A DNA stretch of 64,000 nt. Source: Octopus vulgaris (lineage: Eukaryota). The notes beneath the pieces were generated by a model. It searched no databases. It was not told the origin of the DNA and was given only the letters and a program-made list of their open reading frames with translations. The stretch lies in assembly GCA_951406725.2 (NCBI GenBank), contig OX597833.1, positions 22,010,001 to 22,074,000 of the forward strand, in the 5' to 3' direction. The position numbers were made by a program, and so were the translations under genes. Shown one piece after another: positions 1 through 11,124 of this stretch (within the stretch, counting starts at the first letter, position 1; every line of letters starts with the position of its first letter).

Positions 1-281
1 TCTTTTTTAAGCCCCTGGTACTTATTCTATTGGTCTCTTTCACTGAACCACTAAGTCATTGGAACATAAACACACCAGCACTGGTTGTAAGTGGTGGTGA
101 GGATAATGATGATGACGTCTGGCTTTTATCTCTAATTTCACCTCATAACTTTCCTTTCTTCTTCTTCAAATAATAGAGTGTGTTTGTGTGTGTGTATGGG
201 GGAACAGTGTATTAGAGTACCAGTAATACATTCAGGTACATTAACAACTAGAATTTTCTTTTTGCACTTTTTCTTTTCCAG

Positions 282-340
282 AAACTCATCAGAAACAATG
301 GCCCTAACTATTGCAGGCCCTCCATTCCCATATTAATGGA
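282..340 (+). CDS. Candidate internal coding exon of an unidentified host gene (KLIRNNGPNYCRPSIPILM[E])
   Basis: Long polypyrimidine tract ending ttcttttccag before 282; donor GA|gttagt at 341; only one frame is open; non-repetitive sequence; ends in phase 2, compatible with 10564-10607. Confidence 0.4.
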
Positions 341-398
341 GTTAGTGTGGCTGATGTTCAGTCTGAATATTTGTAGGTTAACTATCTGCCAGAGTGAA

Positions 399-730
399 GG
401 CGCATGGCTCAGTGGTTAGAGCGTTGAGCTTACGATCGTGAGGTTGTGAGTTTGAATCCCAGACTGGGCTACGTGTTGTGTTCTTGAGCAAAACATTATT
501 TCCCGTTGCTTCAATTCACTCAGCTGTAGAAATGAATTGCGATGTCACAGGTGCCAAGCTGTATCAGCCCCTTGCCTTTCCGTTGGATAACATTGGTGGC
601 ATGGAGAAGGGAGGCCGGTATGCCTGGGCGATGGCTGGTCTTCCATAAACAACCTTGCCCAGACTTGTGCCTGGGAGGGTAACTTTCTAGGTGCAATCCC
701 ATGGTCTGTGTCAATACCGAAGTGGGTCTC
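399..730 (+). mobile_element. tRNA-derived SINE, family C (head GGCGCATGGCTCAGTGGTTAGAGCG)
   Basis: A-box TGGCTCAGTGG and B-box-like GTTTGAATCC. Highly similar copy at ~32720-33046; related heads at ~826, 15858, 24670, 33097 and 51760. Confidence 0.85.
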
Positions 731-1109
731 AGAATTATCTGCTGGAGTAAAAATTTGGTGGGAAAAGGAGGCCAAGTGGATACAATAAAGGGGCCACCTC
801 TACAGGTTCAGTACTTTGGTTAGTGAAGGCATGTGGTCAGTTGTTTAGGGTGCTGAACTCATGATTGCAAGTTCATGGTTTTGATTCCCAGACCATGAGG
901 TGCATTGAGTTCTTAAGCAAGACATTTCATTTCACATTGTTCCAGTCCACTCAGCCATAAATGGGTCACCCTGCAATGGACTGGCATCCCATTTAGGGGG
1001 TAATGTTGTGATCTTGGTTACTTATATATATGCTATCATGGAAATTGGGTAACCACCCCTATGACTTGAGGCAGTAATGGTGATGATGATGATGATGACA
1101 CTGATGATA

Positions 1110-1316
1110 TACTTACTCTTTTCCTTGTTTCAGTCATTTGACTGTGGCCATGCTGGAACACTGCCTTTAGTCGAGCAAATAGACCCCAGGACTTATTCTT
1201 TGTAAGCCTAGTACTTATTCTATCGGTCTCTTTTGCTGAACCGCTAAGTTACGGGGATGTAAACACACCAGCATCGTTTGTCAAGCAATGTTGGGGGGAC
1301 AAACACAGACACAGAA

Positions 1317-1379
<63 letters not shown>

Positions 1380-1550
1380 CATATATACGACGGGCTTCTT
1401 TCAGTTTCTGTCTATCAAATCCACTCACAAGGCTTTGGTCGGCCCGAGGCTATAGTAGAAGACACTTGCCCAAGGTGCCACGCAGTGAGACTGAACACAG
1501 AACCATGTGGTTTATAAGCAAGCTACTTACCACACAGCCGGTCATGCCCC
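1110..1550 (-). mobile_element. tRNA-derived SINE, family A (internal (CA)n/(TA)n microsatellite; tail GACTGAAACAAGTAAAAGAG)
   Basis: Same sequence recurs throughout the window; head TGGCTGTGTGGT...GGTTCAGTCC carries Pol III A/B-like boxes. Confidence 0.9.
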
Positions 1551-2516
1551 AAATTTAAGGCCTCATATATCTATATTGCAAATCAGTAATAAAGAATCTT
1601 TGACCAAAGGGCCATCTCTGTAAATCAGAATTGCTCACAGATGTATCTACCACAATTTCTGACAGGTTTATGGTCAAGCCTGTGGTAGTGGTTCCAGTGT
1701 CCCCTCCCCACTCCCAGACCATTTCCCTGCTCATATCTATCAGGGCGGAGATTGTTGTCAGCAAATGTGTGCCCTCTGAGTCAGAGTGGGTTTCCAGCAC
1801 ATCTCTCTCACCATCCTTCAAGGCAACACCTTTTCCATTTTGTCTGCTGGGACCAGGAAACAGTCTAACTTACAGGAAATAGCACAATCCACTCCTTAAT
1901 GCAAAGTTATTCCATATATTTATGCTAATCAAGCATTTTATCTAATCAGGTTGTGCAAGGAAAATGTTGCATATCCACCAGATATGATAACTTCATCATA
2001 ATTATTAAGCTCACTAAATGCAGAGATTTATCAACTAATTCAGTATAAAGGGTGCAAGAGGTATTTGAGGACATATTTGGCAATTGAATGAAACCTTTTT
2101 TGAAGAGAACAGTAAACTGATAATTGTCCTCAAATATACCTTGCATCTTGCACTTTAAACTTCATAGGAACTGTTAGGAAATCTGATCTGCAATTATTCA
2201 CTTTATAATTTATAATTATCTTACACTAACTTCAAATGCCTCAATTGATTTGCCTGCCCAAATAATATCATAATATCCCAGCTGTTTTAATAATACTATT
2301 TTTCTCATTCATCAAAGTATCTTTTCCTGTCTTCCTAATATGTTAATTCCAGGTCAAGACATCTGTGTAATAACAGTAATGAGATATTCTCTCCCCTCAA
2401 TATTAAATTAGCTAGCTTATATGATTCACAAATCTGACTCGTTCTTACAGTGTGGGAATGAAATGCAAGCTTTGTGGGAGGAAAATGATAAAGTGGATAT
2501 ATACGTAGTGTGAATA

Positions 2517-2559
<43 letters not shown>

Positions 2560-2837
2560 CAAATACGAGGGGTTTAGTTCACTGATGATCTAAACGAACA
2601 GGTACGCTGCCTAAGTGCTATAATTGGTCAGTCATCCGATAGGTTCCAAGTCTACAACTGAGGCAGGAGCTAGGGATCCGTAGTAGGCTTCTGAGTCAGC
2701 AGGTATATAGTAAAGGAAAATGGGTAACAAAACCAAGGCATGGTAAATATTTGAGGTGATTTAGAATATTTAATTAGAGTAAGGTGAATCAAAAATAGAG
2801 AAGTAGAAGTAATTAATGTCTTACAACTGTTTCTTGG

Positions 2838-2937
2838 ATATCCCAGGTGATGGATCAACATCTCCATACATTGAGTATTCTATCTCTGATGACAGAATAC
2901 CCAGTGTATGGAAATGTTGGCTGATTGCCTGGAATAT
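2838..2937. repeat. Imperfect ~45-bp-arm hairpin containing a decayed hammerhead-like core
   Basis: ccaggtgatggatcaacatctccatacattgagtattct pairs imperfectly with agaatacccagtgtatggaaatgttggctgattgcctgg; CTGATGA at 2886 and GAAA at 2911. Confidence 0.6.
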
Positions 2938-3216
2938 TCCAGGAACAGCTATATATATATAGTTAGAATCTGTAATACAAGATGCACATGTGAGAAAAAA
3001 TGTGCTTAATTAAATGAGGAAACTTGCACCTTAATAATACTCATCCCGTCCTAATTACCCAATGAAACTAACCAATCCACCACAAGCAAACCTTTACCCA
3101 GCGAATTTACCAGTGCAAGAACAAAATTTCAATGTAAGAATTACCACTTTGTTTACATTACCATCACATATGTATCAATCATTTTCGCATCCTAATCGAT
3201 GCATCTATCTATACTC

Positions 3217-3252
3217 GCATTCTGAAGAGTAAATTGAAACGATTGTAAATGC
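3217..3252 (+). ncRNA. Minimal type I hammerhead ribozyme motif
   Basis: gcatt-CTGAAGA-gtaaatt-GAAA-cgattg-TA-aatgc: perfect 5-bp stem I, intact core, near-palindromic stem III (ACGATTGT), GUA triplet; stem II is very weak. Confidence 0.7.
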
Positions 3253-3770
3253 CACCCTCATCTCTGCTTCTAACATTTTCTTACCTATTTAATTAAAGAC
3301 ATGCCAGCATAAACCATGAGTCTCCTATTGTTATTATATCCATTTTCTTCTCTTATATATATATATATATATATAATTGTTTTCATAATGAGATAAAAAA
3401 ACCAAGGCTGTGTAGATTTTAGAACATATAAATATTTCTAGGATATTTATTGTATCCCTTCATTGGAGACGGTGTGAGAAAATGGTTAAGCAATAGTTAA
3501 TTTAGATAAGATACAAAATAGAGAGTGTGGAAGAGATTTGTCCAAGGTGCTGTGCAGTGGGACTGAACCGGAAACCTCATGGTTGCAAAGTAAGCTTCTT
3601 AAACATGCAGCCATGTCTGTGTCTATGCAAAAGAAAACTACAAAAGCAGTTGTTGAACAAAAGACAATTTGGTTGGACGAGAGAAAAGTTAGTTGGCAAA
3701 GAGTAAAAGATGTGCGTGTGTGTGTGTGTGCATACATATATATATATACACACACATACATATATGTATG

Positions 3771-3772
<2 letters not shown>

Positions 3773-3848
<76 letters not shown>
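3773..3848. repeat. (TA)n microsatellite, representative of many in the window
   Basis: Direct reading of the sequence. Confidence 0.95.
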
Positions 3849-3851
<3 letters not shown>

Positions 3852-4006
3852 AAGACTATTGAAAAGGTTGCAAGACGCAACGAAAATTTTAAGAAAATAA
3901 AATAAGAAATAAGTGGAAATTTTACTGGTGAATGTGTTACATTATAAGGCACGAAAAGAAAATGACTCTCCCCAGACACAACAGAATATATACACACACA
4001 CACACA

Positions 4007-4070
<64 letters not shown>

Positions 4071-5023
4071 AACAAATATATAAATATATATATATATATA
4101 TATTTACATATACTAGATAAGAACTGATAAATTAAATTTGATATATGTAAACATATTTAAATATATTTTAATCTTGGTTTGAAATTGTTTCTGAGTCATA
4201 GAAACACTTTCTCTCTCTCTCTCTCATAACCAAAGGAATGAGAGAGAGAGGGTAAGAGAGAGAGATAGAGAGAGAGAGTAAATGAGTGCATTTAGAAATT
4301 ATGTTAAGCCAAGGTGTAAATGAAGTCTTACACACTGAGTTTATATAACCACTATATTATATTGATATAAATCAAACATTGGTAAACTGCAACCCATGGA
4401 AATTTCCGAATGATACGTCAGACGAAAAATTGCCTTGAAATTTTTTTCTTTTAGTAATGAGGCCTGTTTGATGGTGAGCCAGGTCTCATGTAGCCTGTTT
4501 CTCATAAAACATTGCTAATTCCTGGAATTAAGCAACAGATTTATGGCTTGTTGATTCACCATCATCATCATTTTCATGTGCTTTTTTTCTATGCTGGCAT
4601 GGGTTGGAAAAGGCTTGATCTTCAGCTGGGTGCCCTTTCTGTCATTTTATATGCAAATCCATGAAGGAATGACACATAAAGGAATGACACCAATGTTCTA
4701 TAAAAGACATGCACACACATTCACTCTCTCTTTCTCTCTATCTTCCCCCCCTCTCTCTCACACACACACACACAAACATGTATATATTGGGTTGTCAGAT
4801 AAATTCATTTGATTTTTTGTTTATTATTTTCCATTTCTTTTAATCATTTCGAATGTTATTTGAATTAATAGAAAGATATTTTTATCGGAGATGTACTTGC
4901 ATAGAAAGTGATTTGATCTCAGATCGTGTGCTGAAACGAAAACAATTGCAGCGTGGAAGGTGTTTGTAAGCCATTTAAGAAACACACAAAAGCCGTTAGA
5001 TTCACTTCAACATTTAAGTTTAA

Positions 5024-5074
5024 TTTGTCAAAATATTTTCGTAGCTTTAAGACCGCGACCTGTTCACTGACAAA
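5024..5074 (-). ncRNA. Type I hammerhead ribozyme, G3-C8 core variant (left arm)
   Basis: Minus strand reads tttgtca-GTGAACA-g-gtcgc-ggtcttaaa-gctac-GAAA-atat-TT-tgacaaa: 7-bp stem I, palindromic stem III AATATT. Confidence 0.65.
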
Positions 5075-5099
5075 ATCTCACGGAGATGCAGCATGGATT

Positions 5100-5150
5100 T
5101 TTGTCAGTGAACAGGTCACGGTCTTATAGCAACGAAAATATTTTGACAAA
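5100..5150 (+). ncRNA. Type I hammerhead ribozyme, G3-C8 core variant (right arm)
   Basis: tttgtca-GTGAACA-g-gtcac-ggtcttata-gcaac-GAAA-atat-TT-tgacaaa; stem II is partly decayed. Confidence 0.6.
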
Positions 5151-5449
5151 TTAAACTTAAATGTTGAAGCGAATTGAACAGATTTTGTGTGTTTCTTAAA
5201 TGGCTTACAAACACCTTCCATGCTGCAATTGATATTTTTATCATAGTGTTTTATGTTTTTTTAAAACTTTTCTAGCTCTATTCTTCTAACTTTCATTTAT
5301 CATTTCTAAATTTGAAAAGAACTTTTCCTCTTTTTACCCATATGACGAGGGAGTGCCGAGAAGAAAAATAAATAAAATGAAAAAAAAAATTATCTGTCAA
5401 CCCAAAACAGTGTTTTCTCAACCATTTTTCGTGAATTCATACCCCAGGG

Positions 5450-5870
5450 CCAGACCATGAATTGAGAATTCTACTGCAATGTTTTGAAGCATTTGAGAGA
5501 GACCATTTAGCAAAAGTGACCAGATTTGTGGAGCATGAAGAATTAGATTTTTCACGACAAAAATGCACCCTGTCACAAAGTTCTCCTTACTTATGAGTTT
5601 CTCACCAAAAACAACATGGTATTGCTTCCATACCCACCCTATTCACCAGATTTAGCATCTGCAAACTTCCACCTCTTCCCAAAATAAAAATGCAGCTCAA
5701 AGGTGGCTGTTTTAATACCATTGTCAAGATCCAGAGTGAATCGCAGAACGTCCTCAACTTGCTCACCGAAAACGACTTCCAGGCTGGATTCCAAAAGTGG
5801 CAGGAATGCTTACTGCACAAGGTGACTGTTTCCAAGGAGACAATGTTAAAACTTAAGTAAATAAAATTAT
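5450..5870 (+). pseudogene. Mariner transposase C-terminal remnant
   Basis: Manual translation gives FHDKNAPCH...EFLTKNNMVLLPYPPYSPDLASANFHLFPK (HDNA and YSPDLAP motifs) followed by a stop or frameshift. Confidence 0.85.
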
Positions 5871-5902
5871 TTTTTTGTAAATATAACTAGTATAACTAAT
5901 AT

Positions 5903-6278
5903 AGGCTTGTTTACCAACCACATGGCTCCAGGTTCAGTCCCACTGTGTGGCACCTTGGGCAAGTGTCTTCTACTATAGCCTCGGGCCGACCAAAGCCTTG
6001 TGAGTGGATTTGGTAGACGGAAACTGAAAGAAGCCTGTTGTATATATGTATATATATATATGCGTGTGTGTGTTTGTGTGTCTGTGTTTGTCCCCCTAGC
6101 ATTGCTTGACAACCAATGCTGTGTGTTTATATCCCCGTTACTTAGCGGTTTGGCAAAAGACACCGATAGAATAAGTACTGGGATTACAAAAGAATAAGTC
6201 CCGGGGTCGAGTTGCTCGATTAAAGGCGGTGCTCCAGCATGGCCACAGTCAAATGACTGAAACAAGTAAAAGAGAGAG
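5903..6278 (+). mobile_element. SINE family A copy (5' truncated)
   Basis: Matches 1110-1550 and 31205-31600. Confidence 0.9.
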
Positions 6279-7969
6279 TCCAGGAACCTTTTGATACCAT
6301 CTTGTGTTTCTGTTTTTACACTCTGCTGTGAAACCTGGGCTATTTTTTCATGCACCACTCTGTATAAGTTGAAATAATGAAATCAAACTAAATAGTGGTA
6401 TTAGCTTAACATGAAATATATATACATGTGTGCATGTGTGTGTGTGTGTGTGCATGTGTGTCTTTGTCTTTTTTTGGTGCTCACTACCAGTGTGGGTTTG
6501 TTTACATCCACCTTAACTAAAGCAATTCAAAGAAAAGAGACCAGTAGAATAAGTAACAGACTTAAAAAAAATAATAATAATCCTTTCTACTGAAGGCACA
6601 AGGCCTAAAACATGGTGCAGAGGGCACTGGTCGATTAAAATAATAATAATAATAATAACTATTGGTGTCAATTTGTTCAGCTAAAACCCTTCATGATGAT
6701 GTCCCAGCATGGCCACAGTGCAATGACCAAAAGTAGTAAATGATAAAAGATATCTCCTACCAATTTGATTAATAAGAATGGAGATAATGATTGTTGTTGA
6801 TTTTAATATTTTTCTTTTTTTAGTTTTGGCTTTCTTAGGCACAAATCCAATTTCCTTGTAAGAGGAGAGAAGAAACATCAACAGAGAGATTATTACATTG
6901 GTCCCACCATACTTCAGCATTAGTTGCTATTTTACTGATCCATAGAATCATGAAGGACAAACTTGATCTTGGCAGAACTGGAATTCAGAAACAGCGAGGA
7001 TGAAACTAAATACGAATACAGTAAAGCTTGTTTTTTTTTGTTTTTTTGCTCGCTTGTTTATTTTCTTTTAGATTGGCACTCAACCATACCTGCCATACCC
7101 TCTTCCGCCTTCCATTAGTCTAAGAATGATGATTTCTCACGTTGGCACCCAGCCACGCATTTTGGCAGATGAGTTTAGTCGATTTAATTAATTCCAGTAT
7201 CAGACTGACACTCGTTCTATTAATCCCAGAAAGATGAACAACAAACGTTGACACCCGACCAACCAAGGTTTGAACCCTGAAATCTTAGATATGCAACTAA
7301 ATACTGAAATGGTATTTAGTCTTGTGGTACTCTTCCATCTTTGTCTCCTCCCCGCTGTCTTCCACTTCCCCCAGTTATTAAACTGAGGTAATGAGGGAGC
7401 CTCTATGTGCTCACTCATCTTGCTAGAAATAGCAGTCAGATATTCGATAAATTCATACCATTGCATTTCAGACAAGAAAAGAGAGATGGTGAGTTGGCAG
7501 AATTGTTACAGCATCACACAAAATGCTTTGTCAAATTTTGCCTGTCTTTATGTCCTGACTTCAAATCCAGCTGAGATTGATGACTTAGTCTTTCATCTTT
7601 TCATGGTTTATAAAATAAGTACCAGTTGAGCACTGGGGATCAATCTAATCAACTAGTCTCTGCTCTTCGTAATTCTAGGTCTTATGCGAATAAGTAAGGT
7701 GTTGCACTCATGATCATAAGATTGTGGTTTCAATTCCTGGATTGGGTGGTGTATTGTGTTCTTGAGCAAAACACTTCCTCTCATGTTACTCTGTGATTAC
7801 TTCAACACCTGACAAGTGGTACACCGTGCACCTGTTCAGACGAATCCAATTTGACAGAGAGAGCGAGGTAATGTGCTGTGCATATATTTGATCACTATAA
7901 ACAAATTATTTGTGCAGGTTATTGAGTCCATTATTATTTGTGCAGGGAGAGTCCATTATCATTATTATT

Positions 7970-8183
7970 AAGGTGGTGAGCTGGTTGAATCGTTAGCATG
8001 CCGGGCAAAATGCTCAGCAATATTTCGCTTGTCACAAAATTCTGAGTTCAAATTCTGCCAAGGTCGACTTTGCCTTTCATTCTTTCAGGGTCGATAAATT
8101 AAGTACCAGTGAAACACTGGGATCAGTGTAATCAACTAGTCCCTTCCCCAAACATTTCAGGCCTTGTGCCTACAGCAGAAAGG

Positions 8184-8186
<3 letters not shown>
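7970..8186 (+). mobile_element. tRNA-derived SINE, family B (head AAGGCGGCGAGCTGGCAGAA; core GTCGACTTTGCCTTTCATCCTTTCGGGGTCGATAAATTAAGTACCAG)
   Basis: B-box GAGTTCAAATTC; more than 12 copies in the window; this subtype ends in (ATT)n. Confidence 0.85.
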
Positions 8187-8225
<39 letters not shown>

Positions 8226-8686
8226 GAGTGAGAGAGCAGTTCATGCCATCAAAGTGACACTGGGGTAAATTATACGAAGCCCAATATACCCATCATGACT
8301 ACCCGTCTGATAAAGGTACACCAGGCACATGCATCACAACCATATGTGTGCGATATGGTGATCTCATATCAAGATAAACAGCACATGACCTTGCAGGTGG
8401 GGCCCAGTTAGAATTTTCTTCAGGTTGAGTAGCCCATCCCGCTCAAAAGGTCCCTGAGTAAGGGTTGTTTAAGGATGTTGAAAGAACCACCCCTGTTTCC
8501 AGAGGTGAATTATTCAAACCCCAAATAATCCCTCTCAACACATGGCTATGATGCTCCCCCACTACTTCTGCTCATGATCAGAGATGCACATATCGTCAGC
8601 CACTAAGGGACATGCTCAACTGGTTAAGGTCAAACAACTGACAAGCAAATCTGTGGTATTGAGCAGAATATTTGCTGTAGCCCATC

Positions 8687-8690
<4 letters not shown>
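8226..8690 (-). mobile_element. ~465-bp non-coding interspersed element embedded in a (TTA)n tract
   Basis: GC-richer block flanked on both sides by (TTA)n; no TIRs and no credible ORF. Strand inferred from an (AAT)n tail. Confidence 0.45.
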
Positions 8691-8731
<41 letters not shown>

Positions 8732-9725
8732 CATTATCATCATTATTATTATTATCATTATTGTTTTATTTTCATTCTTTGCTTCAGTCATGTATTCATT
8801 GGTATATCTATTCATTCATTTATTTACCAATTTATTTGACCCTTCTTTTTCTCTTCCTCCCAAGGATCCAATTTCTCCCCTTTCTTCTTCTCTCACACCA
8901 ATTCTACCAATCAATTTTCCTCCCTTTTCTCTTTTTCTCACTCACCTTCCCCATCTCTCTCTCTCTTCCTTTTCCCTCTCTATAGATATTCTACTCCTTC
9001 TAGCCATGTCCTCCCCTCATCTAGTAGGTCACAGAAACTGCCCTGACCGTATATAAAGGGTGAATACCATCAATTTGTCCATGTTTTGATTGTCTTAACC
9101 GAGGAAAATTTTGTGTAAGAGATGAAATTCCCTTTTCATTTATTGCACAATTATCCAAAATGTGCATGTTAAAATGCATTTAGAATATCAGTTCTTGGTT
9201 TGACTTTGGTTTTATAGGTAAAGCATGGCTGTGTGGTAAGAAGCTTGCTTCCCAACCACATAGTTCCAGGTTCAGTCCCATTGTGTGGAACCATGGGGCA
9301 AGTGCCTTCTACTATAGCCTCAGGATAACCAAAGCCTTGTGAGTGGATTTGATAGATGGAAACTGTAAGAAGCCTGTTACGCCAGCTAAGCTAAGTTGTA
9401 CTGTCTATAGTCGTAAGACACCCGCTGTTTTTGTCCTGTTATTACTATTATTGTTTTTTGTATTTATATTCGTGTGGCATCGTCCGTTTTTCTGTCCTCG
9501 TTTCGTATACATTCGATCCTTTTTCCAAGAAATCTAATGCTCGTAGCTTAGTTTTTCCTTGGGGCTGGTCGGATCGGAGCGATCTCAAGATTAATCAGCC
9601 GAAATTGCGAGGATGATCCGGTACTTGACTGAAGATTGAAGGCTTCGAATGTCCCGTCTGTGTTTTTTGTATCGTCTTCTAAATGTTTTGCGTTCTTGTC
9701 CCAGTTTGTATTTTTTTACATATAC

Positions 9726-9763
<38 letters not shown>

Positions 9764-9904
9764 GCACACACACACATACATACATAAATTTACATAAATA
9801 AGGATAAGATCGATATTTAAATTCCAATCTTATCAGGTGGCCAGCATGGGAATAAAAACCTTTCAAAGGTAATAATTATTTAAAATTATAATTTAGGGTA
9901 TCCA

Positions 9905-10024
9905 AGAGATACCACCACGCTGAAAATAGCAGTCATAACTTGATTCTAAAACCACATTAAATGTTCATTTAATGTGGTTTTAGAGTCAAGTTATGACTGC
10001 TATTTCCAGCGTGGTGGTATCTCT
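9905..10024. repeat. 120-bp near-perfect palindrome (59-bp arms, TT spacer)
   Basis: agagataccaccacgctgaaaatagcagtc...aaatg TT cattt...gactgctatttccagcgtggtggtatctct; two mismatches. Confidence 0.95.
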
Positions 10025-10079
10025 CATATATGTACATATTTATGTATCTGTATTTGTTCCCCCACCACCATCACTTGAC

Positions 10080-10137
<58 letters not shown>

Positions 10138-10563
10138 TAGACAGACAGGCAGGCAGACAGACACATGTACAAACATAAGTATACAATAGGCTTTCAGTTT
10201 CTGCCAAACTAATCCACAGTAAAAGACACTTAGCCAAGGTACCACACAATGCTAATGAACTTTTTGACCATGCCACCACAAATTTAACTCCCCTCTGTAT
10301 TTGTTTTTAAATTATCCTAAAGTTTGGTGTATATTTCTTATCTTTGTTCTCTATTCAAAGTATTATTGCACTCATTCATTAGTTAAAGTTTGTAGTCTTT
10401 CTGAAATTACATGATCTTACATTAAAAGCATTCTTAATCTAAACTATAAACAATATTTGATACTCTGAATTCTTATAGACAAATAAACATGACTTTTACT
10501 CTGTCTATGTTTCAAGAATTATTTTTCAAATTGCACTTGTGTTTTTATTCTGTTTCATTCCAG

Positions 10564-10607
10564 ATGTCAAAAGTCACTCCTCAACAATATTGACTACACA
10601 GAGCAGG
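10564..10607 (+). CDS. Candidate internal coding exon ([E]CQKSLLNNIDYTEQ[G])
   Basis: Acceptor tttttattctgtttcattccag; donor GG|gtataa (weaker); joins in frame to 282-340. Protein not recognised. Confidence 0.3.
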
Positions 10608-10655
10608 GTATAAGAGAACTTAGTTATTGTCATTTAGAAACCTTTACACTTATTT

Positions 10656-10854
10656 AAGGCGATGAGCTGGCAGAAACATTAGCACGCCGGGTGAAATGCT
10701 TAGCGGTATTTCGTCTGCCGTTATGTTCTGGGTTCAAATTCCGCCGAGGTCGACTTTGCCTTTCATCCTTTCAGGGTCGATAAATTAAGTACCAGTTATG
10801 CACTGGGGTCGATGTAATCGACTTAATCCCTTTGTCTGTCCTTGTTTGTCCCCT
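10656..10854 (+). mobile_element. SINE family B copy
   Basis: Close to the family consensus seen at 47784-48015 and 50946-51172. Confidence 0.9.
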
Positions 10855-11124
10855 AAATAAGAAGAGGTGACCAATCAAAACTAAAATGTAATGGATTCCA
10901 GTTTTTAATGATGAGTATTAAGTTATTTGATCAACTGCTGACTGAATTAGCATATAAGTGGCTGAATATTCCACAGACATATGTACCCTTAACCCTTACT
11001 GCACAGAAACTGAGTATACTTGCTCTCTTACATGTGTACTTGAGACACAAGAATGGAGCTAATTTAAATTTCGTAGTTAATTTGTGTTAAAGATAGAAAG
11101 TTAAGATAACCACTGTTTATACAT

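Larger units (their letters stand above)
4887..5230. mobile_element. Fold-back (palindromic) non-autonomous element, probably Penelope-like, with 12-bp TSD
   Basis: Arms ~4943-5077 and ~5097-5231 are inverted copies; GATATTTTTATC is directly repeated at 4875-4886 and 5231-5242; each arm carries an HHR-like motif. Confidence 0.8.
4787..5405. mobile_element. Mariner-type MITE, interrupted by a palindromic insertion
   Basis: TA|TTGGGTTGTCAGATAA ... TTATCTGTCAACCCAA terminal inverted repeats, similar to the TIRs of the mariner at 12469. Confidence 0.7.

Noticed and set aside
399-470. SINE heads as functional tRNA genes
   Set aside because: A/B boxes are present but the acceptor stem is incomplete and the sequence continues into a SINE body.
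2577-2610. CTGATGA...GAAC possible hammerhead
   Set aside because: No stem II, no GAAA and no stem I pairing; the motif lies in the loop of a gtttag/ctaaac hairpin.
3486-4120. ORFs rich in YI/HT/CV dipeptides (also at 24.9, 38.1 and 63 kb)
   Set aside because: Translations of (TA)n, (CA)n and (TG)n microsatellites.
5867-6358. 163-aa ORF (similarly 55460-56080 and 17252-17722)
   Set aside because: Antisense or incidental read-through of SINE sequence.
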